Virus record (IMG/VR): IMGVR_UViG_3300023179_000132
Coordinates: 1-55,218 of that record
DNA: 55,218 bases
Source: a virus
Lineage: Duplodnaviria > Caudoviricetes
Reading direction: 5' to 3' (one strand)
How positions within the stretch are numbered: position 1 is the first letter of the stretch; every line of letters starts with the position of its first letter. The translations under genes and the position numbers were made by a program. Shown here in pieces: positions 1-8,882 of the stretch. Below the pieces are notes generated by a model. That model was given only the letters and a program-made list of their open reading frames with translations. It made no database searches and had not been told where the DNA came from.

Positions 1-1
1 T

Positions 2-472
2 GTTAATCAACCTGCGGACTTTGGTGCGTTTCCCCCAGACTTTGTAAGAATACCTACAAACACAACTGCGTATGACGCAAATGCTTCAAAGCCTGGACAA
101 CCTCGCACAGTGGCCGCAGTCTATGATCCCGTAGAACAACGACTCACTGTTATGTTCTTGGATAGAACTCTGTATAATTATGAAGGTGTAACTATGACAG
201 AGTGGACAACTTTTAGAGATCATAGATCTCCCGGAGAGTACATCTTTTACACGCTAAACCAAAAAGAGCGCGGTAGAGCTGATGACAGTAGCTTTACTGA
301 AGATGATCTGGCAAAAGCACATATGATAGCTACTACAGCTCAAAGAAGAATCGCAAGACAAGGTGGTTGGAAGCCAAAGGCCAAAACTACTAGAACAGTT
401 ACTAAAAAGAAACCAGCAAGTTTCAAGCCTGCACCGGTTTGGAACCCGAACAAATTTGGAGAACTTAAATAA
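2..472 (+). CDS. KTSC-domain-like protein with basic C-terminal tail (5' truncated)
   Basis: The frame is open from position 2, upstream of the GTG at 110. YDP..QRLTVMF.D.TLYNYEGVT..EW..F....SPGEYI matches the KTSC pattern. Confidence 0.7.
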   Translation, partial: VNQPADFGAFPPDFVRIPTNTTAYDANASKPGQPRTVAAVYDPVEQRLTVMFLDRTLYNYEGVTMTEWTTFRDHRSPGEYIFYTLNQKERGRADDSSFTEDDLAKAHMIATTAQRRIARQGGWKPKAKTTRTVTKKKPASFKPAPVWNPNKFGELK

Positions 473-473
473 T

Positions 474-788
474 ATGGCGTACGAACCGAAAGAATTCAGA
501 AACTTTTATTGGCATATGATTAAATACCCAGTAAAGCCTAAAGAATTCTGGGAAAAAGCAGAGACTCAAGAAATTGACGAACCATTCCGCTACGGCAGTG
601 GCCGAGCAATACGCATACCTTTTACATCTAAGGCAGTGGTCATAGGAAAGTGGCAAAAATCTTACACTGAGAGTGAAGCATTAACCTACGCCATTAGGGG
701 TAGATATGTTGAAGATGATGAGTTAGACTGGGACGTAGTTCGATTTGGTAATGACGGGGCGGAAAACAATGCGGCGCAAAAAAATTGA
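474..788 (+). CDS. hypothetical phage protein
   Basis: ATG at 474 directly follows the previous stop, with GGAG upstream; better than the GTG at 363. Confidence 0.7.
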   Translation: MAYEPKEFRNFYWHMIKYPVKPKEFWEKAETQEIDEPFRYGSGRAIRIPFTSKAVVIGKWQKSYTESEALTYAIRGRYVEDDELDWDVVRFGNDGAENNAAQKN

Positions 789-1008
789 AAAAGAACAAAC
801 AAAGTTAGAAAAAAGAGTTGCTTCTCTAAGCACGGAAGAACTAACTAAGTGGGTAGACCAAGCCCTGTTTGCTATTGGTCGAAATGTCTCAGATTGGTCA
901 AAAACCTCAGAATATCTGTACGCAGAAGAAGCCCAGCTCGGTGCTGAGGCTTTAAGCGCTGTAATATCTGAGCTTAAGACTCGTGCCCAAGCTACTAGGA
1001 ACTTTTAA
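769..1008 (+). CDS. hypothetical helical protein upstream of the terminase
   Basis: ATG at 769; the stop overlaps the terL ATG (TAATG). Confidence 0.65.
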   Translation: MRRKKIEKEQTKLEKRVASLSTEELTKWVDQALFAIGRNVSDWSKTSEYLYAEEAQLGAEALSAVISELKTRAQATRNF

Positions 1009-2591
1009 TGTACCCAGCAGAAGATGCCGAAGAGTTTCAGTCTTTATACAGTGGCGATCCAGACTTCTTTGAAGAGGAATTTGAAGAGCCAGTAGAAGAG
1101 CTTGACGAGCTTTCTAAAGAGTTTGTTATTCAATTAGTAGACAAGATCATGCAATTTATGGATGCTCTTGTTGGGCATCCTCTTCACCCTTACCAAAAGC
1201 CTCTAGCAAAGAGAATTATTGAATCCGTAATCATAAATGACGGTGAAGAGATCACAGCCCTTGCTGCTCGTCAGTCCGGTAAGTCTGAAACCATCGCTAA
1301 CACAGTGGCTACTCTTATGGTTATCTTGCCTAAGCTTGCAAGAATGTATCCTGAGCTACTTGGTAAGTTTGGGGACGGTATTTGGGTAGGTATGTTTGCC
1401 CCTGTTCAGTCTCAGGCAGAAACTTTGTTCTCCAGAACTGTTAGTCGTCTTACTTCTGAAAGAGCTATTGAGATCCTTGGTGATCCAGAAATCGATGACA
1501 CTCCCACTAAGACTCCCGGAGTAACCCGAAACATCAAGTTGAAGAACAGTGGCTCAACTATCATGATGATGACCGCTAACCCGAGAGCTAAGATTGAGTC
1601 TAAATCTTTTCACTTAATGATCATTGATGAGTGTCAGGAAGCAGATGACTTTGTAGTTGCCAAATCTATCTCCCCGATGGGTGCGTACTACAACGCTACT
1701 ATGGTTAAAACCGGCACGCCTACAACTTCAAAAAATAACTTTTATAAGTCAATTCAATTTAATAAGCGTAGACAGACCGGAAGATCTTCTAAACAGAACC
1801 ATTTTCAATGGGACTGGAGAGATGTTTCTAGGTTTAACCCTAATTATGAAAAATTTATTAAAAAAGAGATGCTTCGTATTGGAGAAGATTCAGATGAATT
1901 TCAAATGTCATATAACTGCAAATGGTTGCTTGAACGTGGGATGTTCGTTACCTCGAATATTATGGACGATCTTGGGGATACCTCGCAAGAAATTGTAAAG
2001 AGCTGGTACAAATCACCAGTGATTGTAGGAATTGACCCGGCTCGTAAGATGGACAGCACAGTGGTCACAGTGGTCTGGGTAGACTGGGATAGGCCCGATG
2101 AGTTTGGTTTCTATGATCATAGAATTTTAAATTGGATGGAAATCCAGGGCGATGACTGGGAAGAGCAGTACTTCCAAATTGTTAACTTCTTGTCTGCATA
2201 TGACGTGCTTTCTATTGGGGTAGACTCAAATGGCGTAGGTGACGCAGTAGCCCAGCGCCTTAAGCTACTTATGCCACGAGCCCAGGTTGTTCCTCTAAGC
2301 AGTAGCCCGACTGAGCAATCTAAGAGATTTAAGCACCTTCAGGCGTTAATTCAACGCCGTATGATTGCGTGGCCTTCTCACGCAAAGACTCGCAGACTTC
2401 GTATTTGGAAACGGTTTTACCAGCAAATGGTGGATGCTGAAGTTCAATACAAAGGAGCTAACTTCACAGTGGCCGCACCTAATGAAGCTCATGCACATGA
2501 TGATTTTGTAGACTCATTGGCTATTGCATGCGCTATGACCGAAAACCTAGTCATGCCTACTGTAGAAGTTAGTTCAAACCCTTTCTTTTAA
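1008..2591 (+). CDS. terL: terminase large subunit
   Basis: Adenine-binding HPYQ, Walker A ARQSGKS, Walker B LMIIDECQ, motif III TGTP, nuclease motifs GIDPA..D and HDDFVDSLA. Confidence 0.95.
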   Translation: MYPAEDAEEFQSLYSGDPDFFEEEFEEPVEELDELSKEFVIQLVDKIMQFMDALVGHPLHPYQKPLAKRIIESVIINDGEEITALAARQSGKSETIANTVATLMVILPKLARMYPELLGKFGDGIWVGMFAPVQSQAETLFSRTVSRLTSERAIEILGDPEIDDTPTKTPGVTRNIKLKNSGSTIMMMTANPRAKIESKSFHLMIIDECQEADDFVVAKSISPMGAYYNATMVKTGTPTTSKNNFYKSIQFNKRRQTGRSSKQNHFQWDWRDVSRFNPNYEKFIKKEMLRIGEDSDEFQMSYNCKWLLERGMFVTSNIMDDLGDTSQEIVKSWYKSPVIVGIDPARKMDSTVVTVVWVDWDRPDEFGFYDHRILNWMEIQGDDWEEQYFQIVNFLSAYDVLSIGVDSNGVGDAVAQRLKLLMPRAQVVPLSSSPTEQSKRFKHLQALIQRRMIAWPSHAKTRRLRIWKRFYQQMVDAEVQYKGANFTVAAPNEAHAHDDFVDSLAIACAMTENLVMPTVEVSSNPFF

Positions 2592-2599
2592 TTTTTAAA

Positions 2600-2635
2600 G
2601 TTTAGGGCGACATTTAGTCAAATTCGTAGGAAACT
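2600..2635 (+). promoter_or_regulatory. candidate phage late promoter (repeated motif)
   Basis: GTTTA-GGGC-GACA-N17-GAAACT; AGTTTAGGGCGACAT matches 13/15 bases of the copy at 5137-5151. Confidence 0.55.
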
Positions 2636-2638
2636 CTT

Positions 2639-2654
2639 ATTGAGGATCCTCAAT
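2639..2654. promoter_or_regulatory. perfect 16-bp palindrome ATTGAGGATCCTCAAT (possible operator or 5' hairpin)
   Basis: Self-complementary; lies just downstream of the predicted -10 element. Confidence 0.45.
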
Positions 2655-2670
2655 CCATTAGGAGATATTT

Positions 2671-3075
2671 ATGGCAAGCACAATCGGTCCAGCGCCTCAG
2701 TTCCCTGAGCGTACCCCGAACTCATATGAGCGCAAGTTCAGCCCAGCTCAGCCTGGTCTGCGTGGCCCACTTCGTTTCGAAGAAGGCGTTGCAACGGATA
2801 CAGACATTCCACGTGAGTTTGAGAACGGTGCCTCACAGGGTTACATCACCCCTGTAGGTCGTCCAAACCACAACCAGAATGTATTTGAAAAGTACCCTGA
2901 AGAGACCATGTCAGAGAGAGCACACGTTGGCTCTGCAGCTTGGGTAGAAGCACCTACCTACTTGGGTAACTTCTCAGAAGGCGCATTCAGCGATCTTGCT
3001 GAATTGTCATTTGAAGAAGAATTCCGCTCAGGCGAGCACTACCATCGTCTAAATCCTTCAACGGTAGTAGACTAA
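2671..3075 (+). CDS. hypothetical protein, probably virion-associated
   Basis: AGGAG RBS, codon usage resembling the capsid gene, located between terL and portal. Confidence 0.8.
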   Translation: MASTIGPAPQFPERTPNSYERKFSPAQPGLRGPLRFEEGVATDTDIPREFENGASQGYITPVGRPNHNQNVFEKYPEETMSERAHVGSAAWVEAPTYLGNFSEGAFSDLAELSFEEEFRSGEHYHRLNPSTVVD

Positions 3076-3081
3076 TTAAGC

Positions 3082-3128
3082 AGTGGCTCCCCAGCCTCAT
3101 ACCCCTTCTCTGGGGCTGGGTAGCTACT
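3082..3128 (+). terminator. long hairpin with pyrimidine-rich loop TACCCCTTCTC (H1)
   Basis: 3082-3099 pairs with 3111-3128 (one mismatch, two G-U pairs); the U tail is weak. Confidence 0.55.
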
Positions 3129-3141
3129 CTTGAGGTAAACC

Positions 3142-3396
3142 ATGATTCCTGCAAACCCTCTTTTATATAATTCAATTTCAAGAGCAGAACGCGCAAGGCA
3201 CCACGCCTTTCGAGGAAATAATTTTGCTGCGGCTAAAGGAATTGAAGAGGAGTATGCTAGGATGGGTGGACAATTTGTTCAGTCTATTAATGATGTAGAC
3301 CCTAAGCTTAGAGACTACAGGCAAGAAGAGATAGACAGGCAAAAAAGAAAAGCCGCACAAGAAAAAAGGAAAAAGAAGAATTCGCTTCTTCTCTAA
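3142..3396 (+). CDS. hypothetical basic protein
   Basis: GAGGT RBS; fills the gap before the portal gene. Confidence 0.65.
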   Translation: MIPANPLLYNSISRAERARHHAFRGNNFAAAKGIEEEYARMGGQFVQSINDVDPKLRDYRQEEIDRQKRKAAQEKRKKKNSLLL

Positions 3397-3438
3397 TAGA
3401 GGGCAGACTATGAGACATAATATGGAAGGACGTGAGGC

Positions 3439-5130
3439 ATGAGCATTGACTTTTCGCCACCGTCCTATAGGGCAGCGTCATCCGACTTAACTATTTCCAT
3501 TTCCCCGTTGGGTCTTGTTGAACTTGCAGACGAAGAGTTTGAAGTTCACGGTCCAAGACTTAACCGTTACTCACTTAACTGGGCCATGTATCTTGGCCAC
3601 CACTGGAGCTATCGTCGTGAGATCGGCGAAACCCAGATGGTCTACAACTATTACCGTGCGTTCACGGATTACATTATTAACTTTACTTTTAGCCGCGGCG
3701 TTTCATTCCGTAGCCCTAAAGAAACAGAAGCTATTGTTCCTGACATTCTTAAGAGAGTCTGGGAAGTAGATAATAACAAGCACGCTGTTCTTTGGGAGAT
3801 TGGTCAGCAGGGCGGCGTATCAGGCGATTGCTTTGTTAAGGTCGCATATGAAGAAGCATGGCAAGACAGCACAGGAGCCGTTCATCCTGGTCGTGTAAGA
3901 ATTCTCCCCCTAAACTCATCTTTCTGTTTCCCAGAATTTCATCCACACGATCGTAACCGCCTAATTAGATTTAAGCTAAAGTATCGTTTCTGGGGAACTT
4001 CTATGGAAGGTACTCGCCAGGTATACACCTACACTGAGATCCTCACAGATGACATGATTGAGGAATATATTAATGATGAGTTAATTGACTCACGACCAAA
4101 TCCTCTTGGCGTTATTCCTGTAGTACATATTCCAAACGTTATGGTATCCGGTTCTCCTTGGGGACTTGCAGATTGCCACGACGTTATTGTTCTTAACCGT
4201 AACTATAATGAAGTTGCAACAGATATTGCAGACATCATTAACTACCACGCTGCTCCTGTTACCGTTATCACCGGCGCTAAAGCATCTAACCTTGAGAAAG
4301 GCCCTAAGAAGGTTTGGGGTGGTCTTCCTAAAGACGCTTCCGTATTTAACCTAGAAGGCGGTGGCTCAGGTCTTGCTGGCGCTATTCAATATCTAGAGCT
4401 AGTAAAGCGTGCAATGCACGAAATGATTGGTGTTCCAGAAACAGCGTTGGGACAAACCCAGGCTATTTCTAACACTTCAGGTGTTGCGCTTTCTATTACT
4501 TTCCAGCCATTGATGAATCGCTACCAGCAGAAGATTGTGCAATACGGCAAGGGCCTTGAGATTGTAAACAGCTTGGTAATGCGCACAATTGCATTTAAGG
4601 AACCAGAACTTTTTACTTGGAACCCTAACTTTAACGGACCTATAAAGCAAGACCAGTACCCACAGCTAGATCCCGCGGATCCGCTAACATACCAAACCTT
4701 TGTTACTTTCCCATCTCCGCTACCACTAGACAAGCTTATTGTCTTGAATGAAATTCAAACTATGATGAGTATGAATCTTGAAAGCCGTGAAGGTGCACTA
4801 CGTCGACTAGGCGAAGAGTTCCCGAATGAAAAGCTTGCTGAAATTCGTGCTGAACTTATTGATGACGCTAAGTCTGATGGTGCTCTTAACTTGCTTAAGG
4901 GACAGATCAACTCAGCAATTATGTCTCTTACTGGCATGATGCCTGATGGCACTCCTGCTGGTATGTCTCCTGCTGGTGGAGCGCCTGGTGAAGAAGGCGG
5001 CGCACCTGCTGGCCCTACACCGTTTGAACAACAGACCATAGCAATGTTGCAGAGTGATCTTGTTACTAAAGCATACGGAACTAAAATCCCGCAAAGGAGA
5101 GGCCCGAACGCTGACGAAAGTCACGTTTAA
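3439..5130 (+). CDS. portal protein (SPP1 gp6-like)
   Basis: 563 aa, between terL and scaffold; motifs NPLGVIPVVHIPN...WG.AD and N.SGVAL.I.F.PL are typical of this portal family. Confidence 0.9.
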   Translation: MSIDFSPPSYRAASSDLTISISPLGLVELADEEFEVHGPRLNRYSLNWAMYLGHHWSYRREIGETQMVYNYYRAFTDYIINFTFSRGVSFRSPKETEAIVPDILKRVWEVDNNKHAVLWEIGQQGGVSGDCFVKVAYEEAWQDSTGAVHPGRVRILPLNSSFCFPEFHPHDRNRLIRFKLKYRFWGTSMEGTRQVYTYTEILTDDMIEEYINDELIDSRPNPLGVIPVVHIPNVMVSGSPWGLADCHDVIVLNRNYNEVATDIADIINYHAAPVTVITGAKASNLEKGPKKVWGGLPKDASVFNLEGGGSGLAGAIQYLELVKRAMHEMIGVPETALGQTQAISNTSGVALSITFQPLMNRYQQKIVQYGKGLEIVNSLVMRTIAFKEPELFTWNPNFNGPIKQDQYPQLDPADPLTYQTFVTFPSPLPLDKLIVLNEIQTMMSMNLESREGALRRLGEEFPNEKLAEIRAELIDDAKSDGALNLLKGQINSAIMSLTGMMPDGTPAGMSPAGGAPGEEGGAPAGPTPFEQQTIAMLQSDLVTKAYGTKIPQRRGPNADESHV

Positions 5131-5137
5131 TTAAAGA

Positions 5138-5173
5138 GTTTAGGCTGACATGAATATTAATTTATGGTGGTCT
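5138..5173 (+). promoter_or_regulatory. candidate late promoter of the scaffold-capsid operon
   Basis: GTTTA-GGCT-GACA-N17-TGGTCT; the -10 is a weak match. Confidence 0.5.
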
Positions 5174-5250
5174 ATATACATAACAAATCCGCAGGTCAAT
5201 CGTGCTACTAAATTGGAAAACGACCTAACTAACACAAAGGAATAAACGCT

Positions 5251-6015
5251 ATGTCAAACATAGGAGAAAGCGACGTATTAGGCGTCGAAAATCAATTCAT
5301 TGAGCAGAATGATGAGTCTACTTCTCAAGAGGCGGCATTTGCAGAAGAAGTTGCAAAAGCTTACACAGAAGCAGATCTTCAAAAAGTTCGCGAACAGGAA
5401 AAGTCCAAGCTCTACCCTCAGATTGAATCTCTGAAGGAAGAACTTAATGTTCTTAAGCAAGATCGTGAGTCTCGTCTTGAAGAAGAGGCACGCTTGCGGG
5501 CAGAAGCTGAAGCTGAGGCTAAACGCCTTGCTGAAGAAGAAATGGATGTTCGAGAGCTACTCAGTAAGAAAGAACAAGAATTTGAAGCACGCTTAGAAGA
5601 AGAGCGTTTAGAACGCGAAAAGGCATTTGCCCTTCTTGAACGTGAGCGTCACTTCAGCGAACTTCAGACTTACCGGAATTCACGCCTTGAGCAAGAGCGT
5701 GATAATATTATTCCTGAGCTGATCGACCTAATTGCAGGAGAAACTCCTGAAGAAGTTGAGAACAGTATTGCAGGACTCAAGGAGCGTTCCGCACGCATTC
5801 TTGAATCTGCCCAGCAGGCGATGTCGTCAGCTCGGCGTGAAATGGCGGGGAGCCGTATTACGTCTCCTGCGTCAGGACCCCTGGACAACAATTCGGACCA
5901 AAAATCGTTCACGGCAGAGCAGATTGCCGCCATGTCGGTGAGTGAGTACGCCAAATACCGTGGGAAGCTACTTGGTCAAGCAGCTTCTGATCGCGGCAAG
6001 GGTCTATTCGGGTAA
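5251..6015 (+). CDS. capsid scaffolding protein
   Basis: Acidic coiled-coil protein just upstream of MCP, with the C-terminal coat-binding-type motif FTAEQIAAMSVSEYAKYR. Confidence 0.85.
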   Translation: MSNIGESDVLGVENQFIEQNDESTSQEAAFAEEVAKAYTEADLQKVREQEKSKLYPQIESLKEELNVLKQDRESRLEEEARLRAEAEAEAKRLAEEEMDVRELLSKKEQEFEARLEEERLEREKAFALLERERHFSELQTYRNSRLEQERDNIIPELIDLIAGETPEEVENSIAGLKERSARILESAQQAMSSARREMAGSRITSPASGPLDNNSDQKSFTAEQIAAMSVSEYAKYRGKLLGQAASDRGKGLFG

Positions 6016-6059
6016 TACCAAATTTAAACATTCAACTACTCTATTAAGGAGAATACGAC

Positions 6060-7172
6060 ATGGCGTCGTCCATTACCGGAACCGGAAATCTTGCCGGTTC
6101 ACCAACAGCGTATTCTGGCTCAAACAGCCAGCTAACGCAGTCAATCCAGACGATCTGGTCAAAGGAAATCCTTTTCCAGTCAATGCCAATCCTTCGCTTC
6201 GAACAGTTCGCTGTTAAGAAGACCGAACTTGGTGTTGCTCCTGGTCTCCAGATCAACTTCATGCGTTACAACAACCTTGGTGCTGCTTCAGCCCTGGTTG
6301 AAGGTGTACGTATGTCAACCAGTGCACTAACTGCACAACAGTTCTCAATCACCGTTGCTGAGCATGGCTACGCAATCGCTGTTTCTGAACTTCTACTAAA
6401 TGCTTCCTTCGATGATGTTATGGCTTCTGCTTCACGTCTTCTAGGTCGCAACATGGCGCTGTACCTTGATGGCCAGGCTCGCGATACCCTTATGGGCGCA
6501 TCTTCCGTAATCTACGGTGAAAAGCGTTCAACCACCGGTATCAACAACTGGTACGAATACGGTACAACTCCATCTGCAGCTAACCTTAACGATGGCAATA
6601 CCGCTGATGAATATGCATCACGCGTTGCTATGGATGGTGCTTACTACCTAAGCCCACACACCGTTAAAGATGCTGTGGAAACCCTTGCAACCAAGAACAT
6701 TCCAAGACTAGGCGAGACCTACGTTGCGTTCGTTCACCCACACCAGAGCCGTCGTCTACGCGACAATCCTGAATTCATTGAAGTAACGAAGTACGCCGCT
6801 CCAGGTAACTTCATGCTTGGTGAAATCGGTCGTTTGTACGACACCGTGTTCATTGAGACCACTCAGGTTCAGAAGGTAGCCGGTGGTGCTGGTACTAACT
6901 ACGTTGGTGACCAGACCTACGCAACCCCTCAGGGTGTATCAACCGGCGGTGGCTACACCACCCCAGTTACCAAGTACGGTGCAGGTAGCGCAGATCGTTA
7001 CTCAGCAATCTTCATTGGTGACAACGCTTTCGGTCACGCTATTTCACTTCCTGTGGAATTGCGCGATGGTGGTATTCTAGACTTCGGTCGTGAGCATGCT
7101 TTGGCATGGTACTCGATCTACGGTCTAGGCTTGATCACCGATCAGTCTGTAGTTATCGCAGAAACCAACTAA
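6060..7172 (+). CDS. major capsid protein (N4-gp56-like, HK97 fold)
   Basis: LRFEQFA, L.EGV, YVAFVHPHQSRRLR, GEIGRLYD..FIET and DFGRE motifs; strong AAGGAG RBS; strong codon bias. Confidence 0.95.
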   Translation: MASSITGTGNLAGSPTAYSGSNSQLTQSIQTIWSKEILFQSMPILRFEQFAVKKTELGVAPGLQINFMRYNNLGAASALVEGVRMSTSALTAQQFSITVAEHGYAIAVSELLLNASFDDVMASASRLLGRNMALYLDGQARDTLMGASSVIYGEKRSTTGINNWYEYGTTPSAANLNDGNTADEYASRVAMDGAYYLSPHTVKDAVETLATKNIPRLGETYVAFVHPHQSRRLRDNPEFIEVTKYAAPGNFMLGEIGRLYDTVFIETTQVQKVAGGAGTNYVGDQTYATPQGVSTGGGYTTPVTKYGAGSADRYSAIFIGDNAFGHAISLPVELRDGGILDFGREHALAWYSIYGLGLITDQSVVIAETN

Positions 7173-7183
7173 TCAAGACCCCC

Positions 7184-7213
7184 GAGAGGGGGCGCAAGCC
7201 CCCTCTCATCTTT
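7184..7213 (+). terminator. intrinsic terminator/hairpin after MCP
   Basis: GAGAGGGGGC-GCAA-GCCCCCTCTC, a 10-bp stem with a GNRA loop, followed by ATCTTT. Confidence 0.8.
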
Positions 7214-7250
7214 ATAACAAATATCGAGATATTCATTAGGAGAATACATC

Positions 7251-7622
7251 ATGGCTGGAAAAGCTAAAGTTGCTGACACAACAGGTCGTCAGCGCGAGCA
7301 ATTAATTAAGGAACAGGCCGAAGAACAGGCCCGTCGTTCTGAAGAAATTACTATGGCAACTGCCGTAGCTAAAGAAAAGTTGGACAATGAGGTTGTAGAT
7401 CTTTCTACCCCACAAGCAGTTCCAACAGTTATAGATGAAGTAGAAAGCGTCGGAGTAGATCTTGCCGACAACACCACCGTTATTCGTGTAGCAGAAGACC
7501 TAGACATGGTAACTATTGGTGCAGGCAACAATTACAGTTTTAAAGCTGGTCAGAAGTATCGAGTATCAAAGAGCGTAGCTCGTCACCTTCAAGATAAGGG
7601 ATACTTGTACGATCGTATTTGA
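7251..7622 (+). CDS. hypothetical head-associated protein
   Basis: AGGAG RBS; immediately follows MCP. Confidence 0.8.
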   Translation: MAGKAKVADTTGRQREQLIKEQAEEQARRSEEITMATAVAKEKLDNEVVDLSTPQAVPTVIDEVESVGVDLADNTTVIRVAEDLDMVTIGAGNNYSFKAGQKYRVSKSVARHLQDKGYLYDRI

Positions 7623-7639
7623 TCAGTTTTAGTTAGGCC

Positions 7640-7684
7640 GCCCGCATCCACGACCGCCCTCCCGTGGGTGCGGGCTTCTCTTTT
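7640..7684 (+). terminator. intrinsic terminator with anti-SD-like loop ACCGCCCTCC (H2)
   Basis: 13-bp stem (7640-7652/7663-7675), 10-nt loop, TTCTCTTTT tail. Confidence 0.75.
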
Positions 7685-7716
7685 AGGCAGATTAATTCAT
7701 TAATTGTATAGATAAT
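7681..7716 (+). promoter_or_regulatory. candidate late promoter
   Basis: TTTTA-GGCA-GATT-N17-GATAAT. Confidence 0.55.
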
Positions 7717-7748
7717 GAATTAGATAATAGTTAACAAAGGATACTTGC

Positions 7749-8882
7749 GTGGCAACTATTGCAGACCTATCAAATAGACTTAGAAATGAACTTGGTGACA
7801 TTGGTAAAACCTTTGTTGAAACCTTTTTGGGAGATGGCTCAACTAAAAGATTTACCCTTTCTCACTACCCAGTAAATGGTGCAGACCTTAAAGTTATTTC
7901 AGGAACTACGGACGTATATGCCGTAGACCCTGCCCAAGTAACTGTTAAATCGGGGTCTACAGATATCTCTAGTACGTCAACTATTGAAGAGCATACAGGC
8001 GTTTTGACCCTTGCTACAGCCCCATCTACTAGCACAATAATCACTGTAGCGGGAAGATATTACCGTTATTTTACAGACGCTGAGATTGAAAACTACATTA
8101 ATATTGCATTTACTCAGCATGCGGGCACAGAAACTAGCCCATACGGTTCTAGAGTTACTTTAGCCAATCTCCCAGTAGTTGAGGAATACCCAGTTATTCT
8201 TTTGGCGGCTACTATGGCTTTGTTTACGTTGGCTACTGATTCTGCGTATGACATTGACATCATGGCTCCAGACGGCGTCCACATCCCTAGAGCACAGCGC
8301 TATGGGCAGCTTATGGAACTTATCCAGGTTCGTAAAGAGCAGTACCGTGAACTATGTACCCTTCTAAACGTTGGCCTACATCGTATTGAAGTTGCTACAC
8401 TTCACAAGATATCTACCCGTACAAATCGTTATGTTCCTGTATACAAGCCGCAAGAATTGGACGATGCTTCTCGTCCACAGCGCCTGCACGTTCCTGTTCC
8501 AAACTATATGGATCAGACTCCAGCAACTGTGGCTACTTACGACATATTCTTATATCGTGGAGACTCTTACCAGTTAGACCTCGACTTCCCATTCAGCTTA
8601 GATGGCTACACGCTTCTATCGCAAATTCGTGCATACTCTGGGGCTCTTTTAGTACTGGCAACTTTTGTTATCACAGTTACTGACAGCGCTAACGGTAAGG
8701 CAACTTTACAGCTTACAAGTGACCAGACTAAGAATCTACCAAGTCGTGCTATCTGGGATATTCAAATAACATCAAATACAGATCCTAATTACCAGCTAAC
8801 CCACCTAAAGGGCGCGGTAATTACTGAGGATCAAGTTACAAATGTTAATAATGACCCATATGCTCCAGGGTGGCAAGGATGA
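7749..8882 (+). CDS. head-tail adaptor/neck protein with extra beta-sandwich domains
   Basis: Adaptor-like helices (LRNELGD...YFTDAEIENYI); C-terminal YRGDSY..D...GYT..SQIR...G.ATLQLTSDQT..L...WDIQ resembles BppU-type Ig-like domains. Confidence 0.7.
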   Translation: MATIADLSNRLRNELGDIGKTFVETFLGDGSTKRFTLSHYPVNGADLKVISGTTDVYAVDPAQVTVKSGSTDISSTSTIEEHTGVLTLATAPSTSTIITVAGRYYRYFTDAEIENYINIAFTQHAGTETSPYGSRVTLANLPVVEEYPVILLAATMALFTLATDSAYDIDIMAPDGVHIPRAQRYGQLMELIQVRKEQYRELCTLLNVGLHRIEVATLHKISTRTNRYVPVYKPQELDDASRPQRLHVPVPNYMDQTPATVATYDIFLYRGDSYQLDLDFPFSLDGYTLLSQIRAYSGALLVLATFVITVTDSANGKATLQLTSDQTKNLPSRAIWDIQITSNTDPNYQLTHLKGAVITEDQVTNVNNDPYAPGWQG

